Below the pieces are notes generated by a model. The model searched no databases and was not told the origin of the DNA. It was given only the letters and a program-made list of their open reading frames with translations. This document shows, in pieces, positions 39,275-49,263 of a stretch of DNA of 64,000 nucleotides (its first letter is position 1; each line of letters begins with the position of its first letter). The translations under genes and the position numbers were made by a program. The DNA is from Vulcanimicrobiota bacterium (GTDB taxonomy: Bacteria; Vulcanimicrobiota; Xenobia; Xenobiales; JADMJV01). The stretch spans positions 1,000,008 to 1,064,007 of the forward strand of contig JBFWNU010000001.1 in the NCBI GenBank assembly GCA_050250895.1, given 5' to 3'.

Positions 39275-40552
39275 CTACTGCTGGAGAAGTTCAGGGGCGA
39301 GAAGGCCCACGGCGCGATAGAGTCGACCCAGGGCCAACTGCACGTCAAAGCGCGCTTGAACCTCCTGAGCGCGCGCTTCGACCAGGGCTCGTTGAGCCTG
39401 GCTGACCTCGATCGACGAACCGACTCCCACGCGATAGCGCTCCGAGGCCAGGCGAAACGACTCCTCGGCGGCCAGACGCGCGCTCTCGGCCGCTTCACTA
39501 CGCTGGCGCGACTCTTCCAGGTTGAGCTGACCTTCGGCCACCTGCTGGCGAATCTGCAGTTCCAGCGAATCACGCCGCCCTTTAGCCGCCTCGAGGCTGG
39601 CCTCGGCCAGTTGCACGGCCGCACTCAAGGTAGGCTCGTTGAGGATCGGCACTTCAAGGGTCAGGCCCAGGTTCCAGCTGGTTTGATTGGGCGGAAAACG
39701 ATCGTCGTTCCAATTGTAGCCGCCACTGGTCGCTAGCACCGGCCGATACTCGGCAGACGCCGCCGACACCGAAGAGCGACCGGCCATCACCCGGGCGTCG
39801 GCAGCCACCAGATCGGGACGCTCAGCCAGGGCTCGATCGACCACGGCTCGCTGCCAGTCGGGGTTGGGCAAACTCTGATTCACCAATTCGCGGTCCGGGG
39901 GCCCGGGCAGGCCCATTGCGCCGCCCAGCGCAACCAGCGCCTTTTGATGAGCGTTGCGAGCCTGAATCAGACCCACCCGGGCATTGGCCAGATCGGCCTC
40001 GGCTCGCGTCACCTCGATCTTGGCGCGGGTACCCGCTTCGAGAAACCCCTGGGCCTGCTCGAGCTGAACGCGAGCGTTCTCGAGATTGGCTTCATTGATT
40101 TCCACCGATTGAGCCTCACGCAGGGCTTGATAATAGCTTTCGACCACTCTCAAGGTGAGAGACTGAGCCGAATCTGCCAGATCGGCCCGGGCAGCCAACA
40201 ACTCGAGTTCGGCAGCTCTGACCCGATGGTGGGTCTGGCCGAAATCGGTCAACTGTTGACGGGCAGCAAATCCATAGGAATAAGAGGTCTGCTCGCCCGA
40301 GCGAATGATGTTCTGGCCACCCACCTGACCGCTGGCTCCGCTGCGCCGCACTCCGGCCGTGGCGCTAAAGCCCGGATACCAGTTCGCCGTCGAGCTACGC
40401 AAACGGGCTTGCTGGGCTTCAACGCTACTATCAGCGATGCGCAGGTCCGGGTGATTAGCCAGGGCGGTCAGCACCGCCTCTTGCAAACTCAAGGGCTCAG
40501 CCCAGGAAAGGCTGCTGGTGAGAAGGAGAAAGAAGAACACCAGGCCGCGCAT
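39275..40552 (-). CDS. TolC-family outer membrane protein
   Basis: Signal peptide, LSLQEAV..AL..HP, duplicated OEP repeats and RYRVG. Confidence 0.93.
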   Translation of the reverse strand: MRGLVFFFLLLTSSLSWAEPLSLQEAVLTALANHPDLRIADSSVEAQQARLRSSTANWYPGFSATAGVRRSGASGQVGGQNIIRSGEQTSYSYGFAARQQLTDFGQTHHRVRAAELELLAARADLADSAQSLTLRVVESYYQALREAQSVEINEANLENARVQLEQAQGFLEAGTRAKIEVTRAEADLANARVGLIQARNAHQKALVALGGAMGLPGPPDRELVNQSLPNPDWQRAVVDRALAERPDLVAADARVMAGRSSVSAASAEYRPVLATSGGYNWNDDRFPPNQTSWNLGLTLEVPILNEPTLSAAVQLAEASLEAAKGRRDSLELQIRQQVAEGQLNLEESRQRSEAAESARLAAEESFRLASERYRVGVGSSIEVSQAQRALVEARAQEVQARFDVQLALGRLYRAVGLLAPELLQQ

Positions 40553-40591
40553 CGCCCGAGAGTTATCTACCCGGATCCAGGTTCCTCTTTT

Positions 40592-41569
40592 TTATTTGAG
40601 CAGGCTGCCGCTCAGGTCTTTGGCGATCTGCAGGTATTTGAGGAACTCGCCCCCCAGGGTCTCGCTGTCTTGCGAAATGCGGTTGTAGAGTTCCGTGGTT
40701 ACCGAGTCATAGAGGGCTACGCGAGCTCCGACTTCGGGCAACTCTCTGGCCGAGGCGTCCACCAATTTCGTCGACTCGGCCAAAGCCTCGGCGTAGGTCC
40801 GCACCACCTCGTAGTCGATCTTGGGATTCTGCTTGACTTGCTCGGGCAACTGGTCGACGTGGAGCAGGGCTTCTTGATAGGCTTTCTCCTTGGCCTGTGC
40901 CAGAAAGCCGCCGGCCGATTGAGGAGCCAGTTCATCAAAGCGAGCTCCGATGCTTAGCCCGGCCTCGGCCAGCACCTTGAACTTGGCTTCGGGACCCTTG
41001 ACCTCGACCTTGCTGATCCCTTCGAGATACTCGCGCAAAAGGTCGCGCTGGGCGGCCGGGTCGCCATTGTGGTCGAACTTCTCGAGGGCCTCCCGGGCCA
41101 GATCGGCCATCGGCTTGGCAGCCTCGGACTGCTGCTGGGAAATGGTCTGGAAAATGTGCGTGTAGTAGTTGGCCTCGGCCAGGTCGAAATAGGCGTCCTT
41201 GTTCTGGGTCGAAAGAACCTTGAGGCGCTCGACAGTGGTCTCGGCGGTGGGCAGGGTGCCGTCGCTCTGACCCGGTTGGGTAGTGCTTCCGGTCCCAGGA
41301 ATAGGCACACCAGGCAAGGTGCCTTCGCCGCAGCCCGTCAGCAGACTGGCGCCCACCAGGCCCAAAGCCAGCATTCCCGCCAGGCGCAGGCCCGAGCGAC
41401 GCGCGGTGGGTTCGGTGGCCTCGGTGGGCACCGCCGGCGCCTCCGGGACAGCGCCACTGAGCGTGACCCTCTCGGCCGGTCCGGCCGACTCGGCCGGAGG
41501 GGAAGCGTTAGCGACGGCGCCCCGAACGGGAGCAAAAGCTAGCCTGGTCTGCGAAACTGAGCCTATCAT
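40592..41569 (-). CDS. Hypothetical helical protein / possible lipoprotein
   Basis: RR + hydrophobic stretch + LLTGC lipobox at about residue 79; start uncertain. Confidence 0.65.
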   Translation of the reverse strand: MIGSVSQTRLAFAPVRGAVANASPPAESAGPAERVTLSGAVPEAPAVPTEATEPTARRSGLRLAGMLALGLVGASLLTGCGEGTLPGVPIPGTGSTTQPGQSDGTLPTAETTVERLKVLSTQNKDAYFDLAEANYYTHIFQTISQQQSEAAKPMADLAREALEKFDHNGDPAAQRDLLREYLEGISKVEVKGPEAKFKVLAEAGLSIGARFDELAPQSAGGFLAQAKEKAYQEALLHVDQLPEQVKQNPKIDYEVVRTYAEALAESTKLVDASARELPEVGARVALYDSVTTELYNRISQDSETLGGEFLKYLQIAKDLSGSLLK

Positions 41570-41690
41570 ATCCGCACCCTACCACCACTTCATAAAAAAA
41601 GGCTGAAACAGCGAAAAAACCTTCGAAAGGATTGCCCTGGTCCGATCGCCAACTTGAAATGAAATCCACTCAATTTTCTTGGGAGCCCCT

Positions 41691-44600
41691 TTGTCGAACT
41701 TCGTCCACCTGCACTGCCACACTGAGTACAGCCTGCTCGACGGGTGCAACAAGATTCCTGATATGGTCAGCCGGGCTAAAGAACTCGGCATGCCGGCCGT
41801 GGCCATGACCGACCATGGAGTGATGTACGGCACGGTCCAATTCTACAAGGAGTGCAAGAAACAAGAAATCAAGCCGCTCATCGGCTGCGAGGTCTATGTG
41901 GCTCCTCGCACCATGCAAGACAAGCAACCGGGCATCGACGGTCGCCCCTACCACTTCACCCTGCTGGCTCAAAATCAAGAGGGTTATCGCAACCTGCTGC
42001 AACTGGTCAGCCGCGGCCACCTCGAGGGCTACTACTACAAGCCGCGCGTTGATCGCGCCCTGCTCGAGAAACACTCCAAAGGGCTGGTGGCGCTCTCGGG
42101 CTGTCTGCGGGGCGAGGTCAACGACGCTTTGCTCGAAGACAACTATGACCTGGCCAAAAAGCGTCTGGGCGAGTTGCGCGACATCTTTCAAGACAATCTT
42201 TTCGTCGAACTGATGGACCACGGTCTGCCCGAGCAGAAAAAGACCAACCAGGACCTGATCCGGCTGGCCCGCCACATGAATCTTCCGCTGGTGGGCACCA
42301 ACGACGCCCACTACGGCATGCGGTGTGATGCGTCGGTGCAAGACACTCTGGTCTGCATCCAAACCGGCAAGATGCTCGACGATCCCAACCGAATGAAGTT
42401 CTTCGCGCCCGAGTTCTATCTCAAGAGCGCCGACGAGATGGCCCGGGTCTTTGACGGGCTACCCGAGGCTTTGAGCAACACCCTGGTGGTGGCCGAACGG
42501 TGCAACCTCGACCTGGATCTCTCCACCGTCTACCTGCCCGTCTTTCCAGTGCCCGAGGGGCACACTCCCGAGACCTATCTGCGCGAGCTTTGTCGCGAGG
42601 GCTTCATCAAGCGCTTCGGTACCGCAAACCCCGGCTCCGAGTACCTCGAACGGCTCGAAGTCGAACTCGAGGTGATCAACACCAAAGGCTTCGCACCCTA
42701 CTTCTTGATCATCTGGGACTTCATCAAATACGCTCAGGAGAACGACATCCCGGTGGGGCCGGGGCGCGGGTCGGCGGCCGGCAGCCTGGTCGCCTATCTG
42801 ACCAACATCACGCGTCTGGATCCGCTCAAACACCAGCTGCTCTTCGAGCGTTTCCTCAACCCCGAGCGGACCGAATTGCCCGATGTCGATACCGACTTCT
42901 GCGTCGAGCGGCGTGAAGAAGTCATCGCCTACTGCCGTCGCAAATACGGCGAAGACAAGGTGGCCCAGATCATCACCTTCGGCCGCATGAAGGCCCGGGC
43001 CGCCATCCGCGACGTGGGCCGGGTGATGGACGTGCCCCTGGCCAAGGTCGACAAAGTGGCTAAAACCGTGCCCGAGGGCCCTAAGGTCAAGCTCAAGGAC
43101 GCCCTCGAGTCGCCCGAATTCAAAAAGCTCTACGACGAAGATGCCGAGACCCGCCAGATGGTCGATCTCGCCATCAAGGTCGAGGGAATGGCTCGCAACG
43201 CCGGGATCCACGCTGCCGGTGTCGTCATGTCGAGCCACCCCATCTCGCACATCGTGCCGCTGCAACGCATGAACGGCGACGAGGTGGTGGCCCAGTTCGA
43301 CATGAACGACGTGGCCGAAGTCGGCCTGGTCAAGATGGACTTCCTGGGCCTGCGCAACCTCACCGTGATCAACCACTGCCTCAAGATCATCGAGCGTTCT
43401 CAGGGCAAAACGCTCGACCTCGAGGCCCTGGCCTACGACGACCCGACCACCTACCAACTGCTGGCCGATGCCGACACCAACGGGGTTTTCCAGCTCGAAT
43501 CCGACGGCATGAAGCGCTATCTGCGCCAGCTTCGCCCCGACAAGTTCTCGGACATCGTGGCCTTTCTGGCGCTCTATCGCCCCGGGCCCCTCCAGGGCGG
43601 AGTGGTCGACGAATACATCCGGCGTCGTCACGGCAAGGGCGGACCGGTGGTCTACCCCCACGAACGCCTCGAAGAGATCCTGGCCGAGACCTACGGCTTC
43701 TTCCTCTACCAAGAGCAGGTGATGCTCACCGCCAACATCCTGGCCGGCTACACCATGGCAATGGCCGACGGGCTCCGTAAAGCCATGGGGAAAAAGAAGA
43801 TGGACGTGATGGCCAAGCATCGCCAGATCTTCGTCGAGGGGGCGGTCGAGCGCGGGGTCGACAAAAAGACCGCCGAAGATATCTTCGAGACGATGGAGAA
43901 GTTCGCCGCCTACGGCTTCAACAAGTCGCACAGCGCGGCCTATGCCATCGTCAGCTATCAAACCGCCTATCTCAAGGCCAATTATCGCCGCGAGTATATG
44001 GCAGCCCTTTTGACCAGCGTCATTTCGAGCCTCGACAAGGTGTCGTTCTTCATCAAAGAGTGCACCAACTCGGGCATCGAGGTGCTGGGTCCCGACCTCA
44101 ACGAATCGCAGGCCGAATTCTCGGTCGTGCCGGCCGGGATCCGCTGGGGTTTGGCGGCCATCCGCAATGTCGGCAAAGGCGCCGTCGACTCGCTGCTCGA
44201 GTCGCGAGCCAGGGAGGGGCCTTTCCAGGACCTGGCCGAGTTGTGCTGTCGCGTCGATCTGCGCCAGGTGAATAAGCGCGTCCTCGAAGGCTTGATCAAA
44301 GCCGGGGCCCTCGATAGCTTTGGCGAAACTCGGGCCACTCTCTTGGAGAACATCGACCTCTGTATCGAGCAGGGCCAACGAGCCCAAAGAGAGGCCGAAA
44401 CCGGGCAGTTCTCGCTTTTCGAGGCTCTGGCCCCCAGCAATACCCGCTTTGCCGACCTCGATATCACCCGCAAGCCCGAAATCGAGAAGCGCCAGTTGCT
44501 TGACCTCGAGCGCGAGATGCTGGGGATCTATCTTACCGATTCACCGCTGACCGATGTGCGCGAGGCTTTGCAGCGAAACACCTCTCACCGGATCGCCGAC

Positions 44601-45173
44601 CTGGCCAACGCCGAAGACGGCACCCCGGTCAGCATCGGTGGCATGATCAACTCCGTCCGCAAGATCATGACTCGCTTCAAGACGCCCATGGCCTTTCTCG
44701 AGGTTGAAGACTTCTCGGGCTCGATCGAGGTCAGCGTGCGTCCGGCCGCCTACGAGAAAGTGGCTCCGCTGCTCGAATCGGGCGGTCTGGTAGTGGTCAA
44801 AGGCCGAGCCGAGCTGCGCCAGCGGCGCGGCGAAGAGCAGGAGGAGATCCCTTCTGAAGAGGTGAAAGTCCAGGCCGAAGACATCCTTTGCCTTGAGCGT
44901 TTGGCCGAAGCCGGCCGAGGCGGGGGCAGGGAGAAACCCAAGCCCGGAGTGCACATTCGCGTTCAGCTATTCCAAAGCGAATCTCTACCGCAGCTGCGTA
45001 ATCTTCTGTTGAAACATCGCGGGGGGCAAACCGTTTACCTTCACCTGTGCAGCCCGAAGGGCGAGACTGTGATGCATCTATCGCAGACATTCGGAGTCAA
45101 GCACAGTGATGCGTTCGCCCTGGAGGTACAGACGCTGTTGGGACGAGAGGCGCTATGGGCCGAGGCCAGCTGA
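41691..45173 (+). CDS. dnaE: DNA polymerase III alpha subunit
   Basis: FVHLHCHTEYSLLDG, GRGSAAGS, PDVDTDF and YGFNKSH; no intein seen. Confidence 0.99.
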   Translation: MSNFVHLHCHTEYSLLDGCNKIPDMVSRAKELGMPAVAMTDHGVMYGTVQFYKECKKQEIKPLIGCEVYVAPRTMQDKQPGIDGRPYHFTLLAQNQEGYRNLLQLVSRGHLEGYYYKPRVDRALLEKHSKGLVALSGCLRGEVNDALLEDNYDLAKKRLGELRDIFQDNLFVELMDHGLPEQKKTNQDLIRLARHMNLPLVGTNDAHYGMRCDASVQDTLVCIQTGKMLDDPNRMKFFAPEFYLKSADEMARVFDGLPEALSNTLVVAERCNLDLDLSTVYLPVFPVPEGHTPETYLRELCREGFIKRFGTANPGSEYLERLEVELEVINTKGFAPYFLIIWDFIKYAQENDIPVGPGRGSAAGSLVAYLTNITRLDPLKHQLLFERFLNPERTELPDVDTDFCVERREEVIAYCRRKYGEDKVAQIITFGRMKARAAIRDVGRVMDVPLAKVDKVAKTVPEGPKVKLKDALESPEFKKLYDEDAETRQMVDLAIKVEGMARNAGIHAAGVVMSSHPISHIVPLQRMNGDEVVAQFDMNDVAEVGLVKMDFLGLRNLTVINHCLKIIERSQGKTLDLEALAYDDPTTYQLLADADTNGVFQLESDGMKRYLRQLRPDKFSDIVAFLALYRPGPLQGGVVDEYIRRRHGKGGPVVYPHERLEEILAETYGFFLYQEQVMLTANILAGYTMAMADGLRKAMGKKKMDVMAKHRQIFVEGAVERGVDKKTAEDIFETMEKFAAYGFNKSHSAAYAIVSYQTAYLKANYRREYMAALLTSVISSLDKVSFFIKECTNSGIEVLGPDLNESQAEFSVVPAGIRWGLAAIRNVGKGAVDSLLESRAREGPFQDLAELCCRVDLRQVNKRVLEGLIKAGALDSFGETRATLLENIDLCIEQGQRAQREAETGQFSLFEALAPSNTRFADLDITRKPEIEKRQLLDLEREMLGIYLTDSPLTDVREALQRNTSHRIADLANAEDGTPVSIGGMINSVRKIMTRFKTPMAFLEVEDFSGSIEVSVRPAAYEKVAPLLESGGLVVVKGRAELRQRRGEEQEEIPSEEVKVQAEDILCLERLAEAGRGGGREKPKPGVHIRVQLFQSESLPQLRNLLLKHRGGQTVYLHLCSPKGETVMHLSQTFGVKHSDAFALEVQTLLGREALWAEAS

Positions 45174-45183
45174 GGAGGCCCTT

Positions 45184-45654
45184 TTGCCGCGAGACATCGA
45201 TGCTCTGACCCAGCTCTATACCGCCGCCTACATCGAAGACGACCTGGCGGATGAAATGAGTCGAGCGCGTCGTTTTGGCCGGGACCTCGGTCTGTTGCTG
45301 CTAGAGCCTATTATCCCGGATACGCTGCGTCTGGACATGAACTATCCGGTGCTCAAGCGCCTGGCCCAGACCTGCCGCCAATGCACCCGTCAAGTCGACG
45401 ACGGGGTCCGTCTGGCCAATCAGATCCTGCTCGTACTGCCCGAGACTTCAGCAGAAGGCATCGAGACCATCGCGGGCAAAATCGCAAACAGTTTCGAGGA
45501 GTACACCTTCACCCACTCGAACACCGGCCAGACGTTCGTTGGCAGGTTTCACGACGCTCGAGTGGTGTTTCCGAACGAAATCGAGGATGCTCACCAATTG
45601 GTGGATATGCTCAAGGCTCAACTCAACGAGTCGAAAAACGCGAGCAAAGGATAG
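45184..45654 (+). CDS. Degenerate GGDEF-like domain protein
   Basis: DALTQLY, EMSRARRF, R..D and LPET..EG; no GG(D/E)EF. Start TTG 45184 after GAGGAGG. Confidence 0.7.
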   Translation: MPRDIDALTQLYTAAYIEDDLADEMSRARRFGRDLGLLLLEPIIPDTLRLDMNYPVLKRLAQTCRQCTRQVDDGVRLANQILLVLPETSAEGIETIAGKIANSFEEYTFTHSNTGQTFVGRFHDARVVFPNEIEDAHQLVDMLKAQLNESKNASKG

Positions 45655-45663
45655 GAGTTTACC

Positions 45664-46131
45664 GTGCCACTCCCTCAAGACCGTTTAACCAAGCTGATTC
45701 ACGAAAGTGAACTCGACGAGCAGTTGAACTATGAGATGGAACGTGCTCGTCGTTACGAGTGGGACCTGGGGCTCATTCTGGTGGTGCCGCGACTGCCCGA
45801 GAATAACGCCGATATGATGTATCCCGCCCTCAAGCGCCTGGCACTAGCCTGTAGCTCCATCATGCGGGTGGTGGACCGCGGCATTCGTTGGGGCAACGGC
45901 ATCTTCTTCATCCTACCAGAGACCCCGGCCGAGGGCGTGGATGTGGCCGCCAGAAAAATCCAGGAGGAGTTCGAGCGGACCGAGATTGCCCACCCGACCA
46001 CCGGCGAAACCTTCTTGTGCGGCATGGGCAAATCCATCCGAGTCTACAACGGCAAGCACGCCAAAGCCAATCCTGGTGAGGCCATGGACTTCAAGCAGAT
46101 GAAGCAGGCCATCAAAGAGGGTCTCGAGTAG
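45664..46131 (+). CRISPR. Not a CRISPR element; see the CDS entry for this interval
   Basis: No repeat-spacer structure; entry has no support as CRISPR. Confidence 0.
45664..46131 (+). CDS. Degenerate GGDEF-like domain protein (paralog of the upstream gene)
   Basis: DRLTKL, EMERARRY, YPALKRLA, RWGNGIF in place of RxGGDEF, and LPET. Confidence 0.7.
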   Translation: MPLPQDRLTKLIHESELDEQLNYEMERARRYEWDLGLILVVPRLPENNADMMYPALKRLALACSSIMRVVDRGIRWGNGIFFILPETPAEGVDVAARKIQEEFERTEIAHPTTGETFLCGMGKSIRVYNGKHAKANPGEAMDFKQMKQAIKEGLE

Positions 46132-46134
46132 GCC

Positions 46135-46806
46135 CTAGAGTCGCTGCTGAATGAAGACACGAGTGCTGCCCCAGGAGTAGTTGCGCGACTGTTCGCTCAG
46201 AGTGGTCCAGGCCAACTTCGGTAGCGGGCTACTCAGGGTGACACAGCGAGCCCCGCTTGGTGCTTCGTGCATCAAGGTTTGCAGCGTCTTCCAGGAATCG
46301 TCCTCGAGGGTGGTGGGCGACAAGAAATAGAGAGTGCCTTGAGGCAACGGCCCGTCCAGATAGTTGCGCTGTTCGAAGGTCAGCCCCTCGAGCCCGAGCC
46401 GCCGCACTTGCAGGCTGCATCGATCCACGAAACCGCCCATGACCTCCTGGCCGGAGCCCTGGCAGCCAAAGGCCAGAGCCCCGACGAATAGCAGATTGGC
46501 TCGACCGCATCCGAGTTCTACCAGATGATCCTCGGGACCGGCTCGCAACTCTTGCAACAACTGCCAGGCGGTGAGAATGGGCGTCTCTCCATAGATGCAG
46601 TCGTTCTCGGAGAGCTCACTGGCCCGACCCTCGCGGCGGGCCAACCCGAACGGTCCGCGCGGATACGTCAGCCGGCGAGCCAGCCGCAATCGCCACCACC
46701 AACGTTCTCGCCCCAGGACCCGCGCCTCTTTGAGATCGAGCCTCAGATTGTAGAGGGAGTTCTCGAGTCCCACGCCCAGCAGGGTGAACCACTCACCAAC
46801 CGACAT
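46135..46806 (-). CDS. Class I SAM-dependent methyltransferase (DOT1-like YGE motif)
   Basis: YGETP, ELGCGRA and SWG near the C-terminus. Confidence 0.8.
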   Translation of the reverse strand: MSVGEWFTLLGVGLENSLYNLRLDLKEARVLGRERWWWRLRLARRLTYPRGPFGLARREGRASELSENDCIYGETPILTAWQLLQELRAGPEDHLVELGCGRANLLFVGALAFGCQGSGQEVMGGFVDRCSLQVRRLGLEGLTFEQRNYLDGPLPQGTLYFLSPTTLEDDSWKTLQTLMHEAPSGARCVTLSSPLPKLAWTTLSEQSRNYSWGSTRVFIQQRL

Positions 46807-46877
46807 CCTGGGGCTGTTCGTCTCGGCGGGCCCGATTCATCCCAGGACGTGCCTGGCGAGGCAGCGAAACTGGGCCG

Positions 46878-48005
46878 ATGAACGCCCGCGCCGGCCTGGC
46901 CAACACCCGCACCCTGGTGGTCAAACTGGGCACTTCCGTGTGCCTGAACGAAAAGGGCGCGCCCAACGGCGAGGTCCTGTTGCCCCTGGCCCGCGAGATC
47001 GCCGAGTTGAGACGCCGAGGCCTTCAGGTGGTGGTGGTCAGCTCGGGAGCCGTCGGCATGGGCCGCGCCCTCGATGTGCACGGTCAAATCGGCAATCAGA
47101 ACCTGGCTCAGAAACAAGCCCTGGCCGCTCTGGGTCAGGTAGAACTGATGAACGTCTATCGTCGCATCTTCGAACTTCTGGGGGTACTGGTTGCCCAGGT
47201 GCTCCTAACCCGACGCGATCTCGACAGCCGCGAACGCTACCTCAACGCTCGCAACACTCTGCTGACTCTGTTGCGAGCCGACGTGCTGCCGGTCATCAAT
47301 GAAAACGACTCGGTGGCCACCGACGAGATTCGCTTTGGCGACAACGACATTCTGGCTTGCCTGGTCGGCTCGGTGGTAGAAGCCGACCTGGTGGTCAACC
47401 TTACCCAAGCAGAGGGCTTGTTGGCCCCGGTCGCGGGAGGCCATCGCGTCGTCCCACAGGTCGCCGGTGTCAGCGACGAGACCTTCAGCCTGGTGGAGGA
47501 AGGTACTTCCCGGGGCGGCACCGGTGGCATGCGTTCCAAACTGCTGGCCGCCCAGGCGGCTGAGGACTATGGTGGAGCCATGGTCATTGCCCGAGCCCAA
47601 GAGCCCAATGTACTGGTGCGTTTGCTAGCCGGCGAAGAACTGGGAACACTCTTTATCCCGCCAGCGCGCAAGCCGCGCAGCCGCAAGCGCTGGCTGGCCG
47701 CCGGTGCGGTCTGCAAGGGCACGCTGGTGGTCGACGCCGGCGCGCGCCAGGCCCTGGTCCACGACGGTCGCAGCTTATTGCCGGTTGGAGTCAAGGCCGT
47801 CGAAGGAGAATTTACGGTCGGCGATGTGGTGGCCATTGCCGACCTCGAGGGCGCCCCACTCGGTCGAGGCCTCACCAACTACAACTCTGAGGACCTGGCC
47901 CGAATCAAGGGCCAGCCAACGCAGGGGCTCGAAGAGATTCTGGGTTTTCGCGGCTACGACGAAGTCATCCACCGAGACAACCTATTCATCAGGAAGGACG
48001 GCTAA
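46878..48005 (+). CDS. proB: Glutamate 5-kinase with PUA domain
   Basis: VVKLGT, SSGAV, NENDSV, FGDND, GTGGMRSK and IHRDN. Confidence 0.97.
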   Translation: MNARAGLANTRTLVVKLGTSVCLNEKGAPNGEVLLPLAREIAELRRRGLQVVVVSSGAVGMGRALDVHGQIGNQNLAQKQALAALGQVELMNVYRRIFELLGVLVAQVLLTRRDLDSRERYLNARNTLLTLLRADVLPVINENDSVATDEIRFGDNDILACLVGSVVEADLVVNLTQAEGLLAPVAGGHRVVPQVAGVSDETFSLVEEGTSRGGTGGMRSKLLAAQAAEDYGGAMVIARAQEPNVLVRLLAGEELGTLFIPPARKPRSRKRWLAAGAVCKGTLVVDAGARQALVHDGRSLLPVGVKAVEGEFTVGDVVAIADLEGAPLGRGLTNYNSEDLARIKGQPTQGLEEILGFRGYDEVIHRDNLFIRKDG

Positions 48006-48388
48006 ATCTGCATCGGAAGACCCAGCACCGACTCGACGATGGTCAATAGTTCGCGGGGTTCGAACGGCTTCTTGACGAAGTAGTCAGCGCCTGACTCCAG
48101 GGTCTGCAAGGCGCTCGAATCTTCCGAACGGGCCGTCAGCATAATCACAGGCAGAGTTTGATTTTGAGGCGAACTTCGCACCGCCTCAAGCACCTCGAGA
48201 CCGGTCATCTCAGGCATCATGAAATCGAGCACCAGCAGATCAAAGCCCCCCGGAGCCAGCAACTCTAGCGCCTCAGCCCCGCTGGCCGCCTGCTCGATCT
48301 CTAACTGGTCACTACCGAGCGTCAGGATGCGGCAAACCATGCGACGGATGGGATGGTCGTCGTCAACGACCAGAATCCTTTTGGCCAC
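48002..48388 (-). CDS. Single-domain response regulator (CheY-like)
   Basis: VVDDD, LDFMMP, LTA and KPF; start set at GTG 48388. Confidence 0.9.
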   Translation of the reverse strand: MAKRILVVDDDHPIRRMVCRILTLGSDQLEIEQAASGAEALELLAPGGFDLLVLDFMMPEMTGLEVLEAVRSSPQNQTLPVIMLTARSEDSSALQTLESGADYFVKKPFEPRELLTIVESVLGLPMQI

Positions 48389-48434
48389 AGCGCACCTCCC
48401 CAATCTAACCCGTTTTGCTTCCTGGTTTTGCCGC

Positions 48435-49193
48435 TTGATCCCTACTTTGTTGGTTTTGGGCTTGCTCCAACGAGGTCTGGCTGCTCCCTCGCAGGTCACG
48501 GGCGTGGTCCTGTCGGTGGAAGGCCCGCGGGTCAGCCTGCGCAGCGCCGATGGGGCAACGATTCAAGTGACCGTCACCAGGCCTCCGGCTAATCTCCAAG
48601 CTGGAGACTTGGTAGAAGTCCAGCCAGGCAATCCGGGCTCGAGGTTGACCATCCGACCTTCTAACTCGAATCCTGGAACAGGCAGGATCTACGCGGTCGA
48701 CCCCAGCCGGAAGATCGTGCAGGTGGATACTGCCCGGGGCCGAGTCGAGCTGACCGTGATACCGGCCACGGTCGTCTTCAAAGAGCACCGGGCCACCACC
48801 TGGCGCAACCTGCATCGGGGTGAAACCGTGGCTTTCGTCCCCCAGGGAGTCAGCCCGAACGGCCCTGTCCTGATCATCTATGACACCACCAGCTACGCCA
48901 TCCGCCTGCTCTCGCCCACCCACGGGGGACTGTTGGCGTGGGGCGAGGTCACTCGAGTCGAGCGCGAAGCCGGCGGCCTGGAGGGCTCGCTCACCCTCGA
49001 GAGCCTCGACGGCGAAAGCATCACGGTTCGATTCGACCAGCAAACGCGTTGGCGGCTCGGAGCCCGCTTCAAGGAACCGGCCGACTTTCAAGATGTTGAA
49101 AGCCTGGTATTCGGGTCCAACAAAAACCAGGCCCGCCTGATCCTCAGCCGCCGGGCCGCCCGCTTTCTCCTCGATAGCTCCCTGGCGCCCTAG
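48435..49193 (+). CDS. Exported protein with three OB-fold-like beta repeats
   Basis: Signal-like N-terminus; repeats of G.V..V...L..GD.V.V type; start uncertain. Confidence 0.6.
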   Translation: MIPTLLVLGLLQRGLAAPSQVTGVVLSVEGPRVSLRSADGATIQVTVTRPPANLQAGDLVEVQPGNPGSRLTIRPSNSNPGTGRIYAVDPSRKIVQVDTARGRVELTVIPATVVFKEHRATTWRNLHRGETVAFVPQGVSPNGPVLIIYDTTSYAIRLLSPTHGGLLAWGEVTRVEREAGGLEGSLTLESLDGESITVRFDQQTRWRLGARFKEPADFQDVESLVFGSNKNQARLILSRRAARFLLDSSLAP

Positions 49194-49263
49194 CGCAAAA
49201 AGAAAAGGCCCCCCAAACTCGGAGGACCTTTCCTACCCATTTGCCTCCCGTGAAGGGAGAGGA

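Noticed and set aside
42459-44387. 642-aa antisense ORF inside dnaE
   Set aside because: Codon-bias shadow with no motifs.
45664-46131. CRISPR-typed entry in the feature list
   Set aside because: Unsupported (confidence 0); the interval is a degenerate GGDEF-like CDS and the entry should be ignored.
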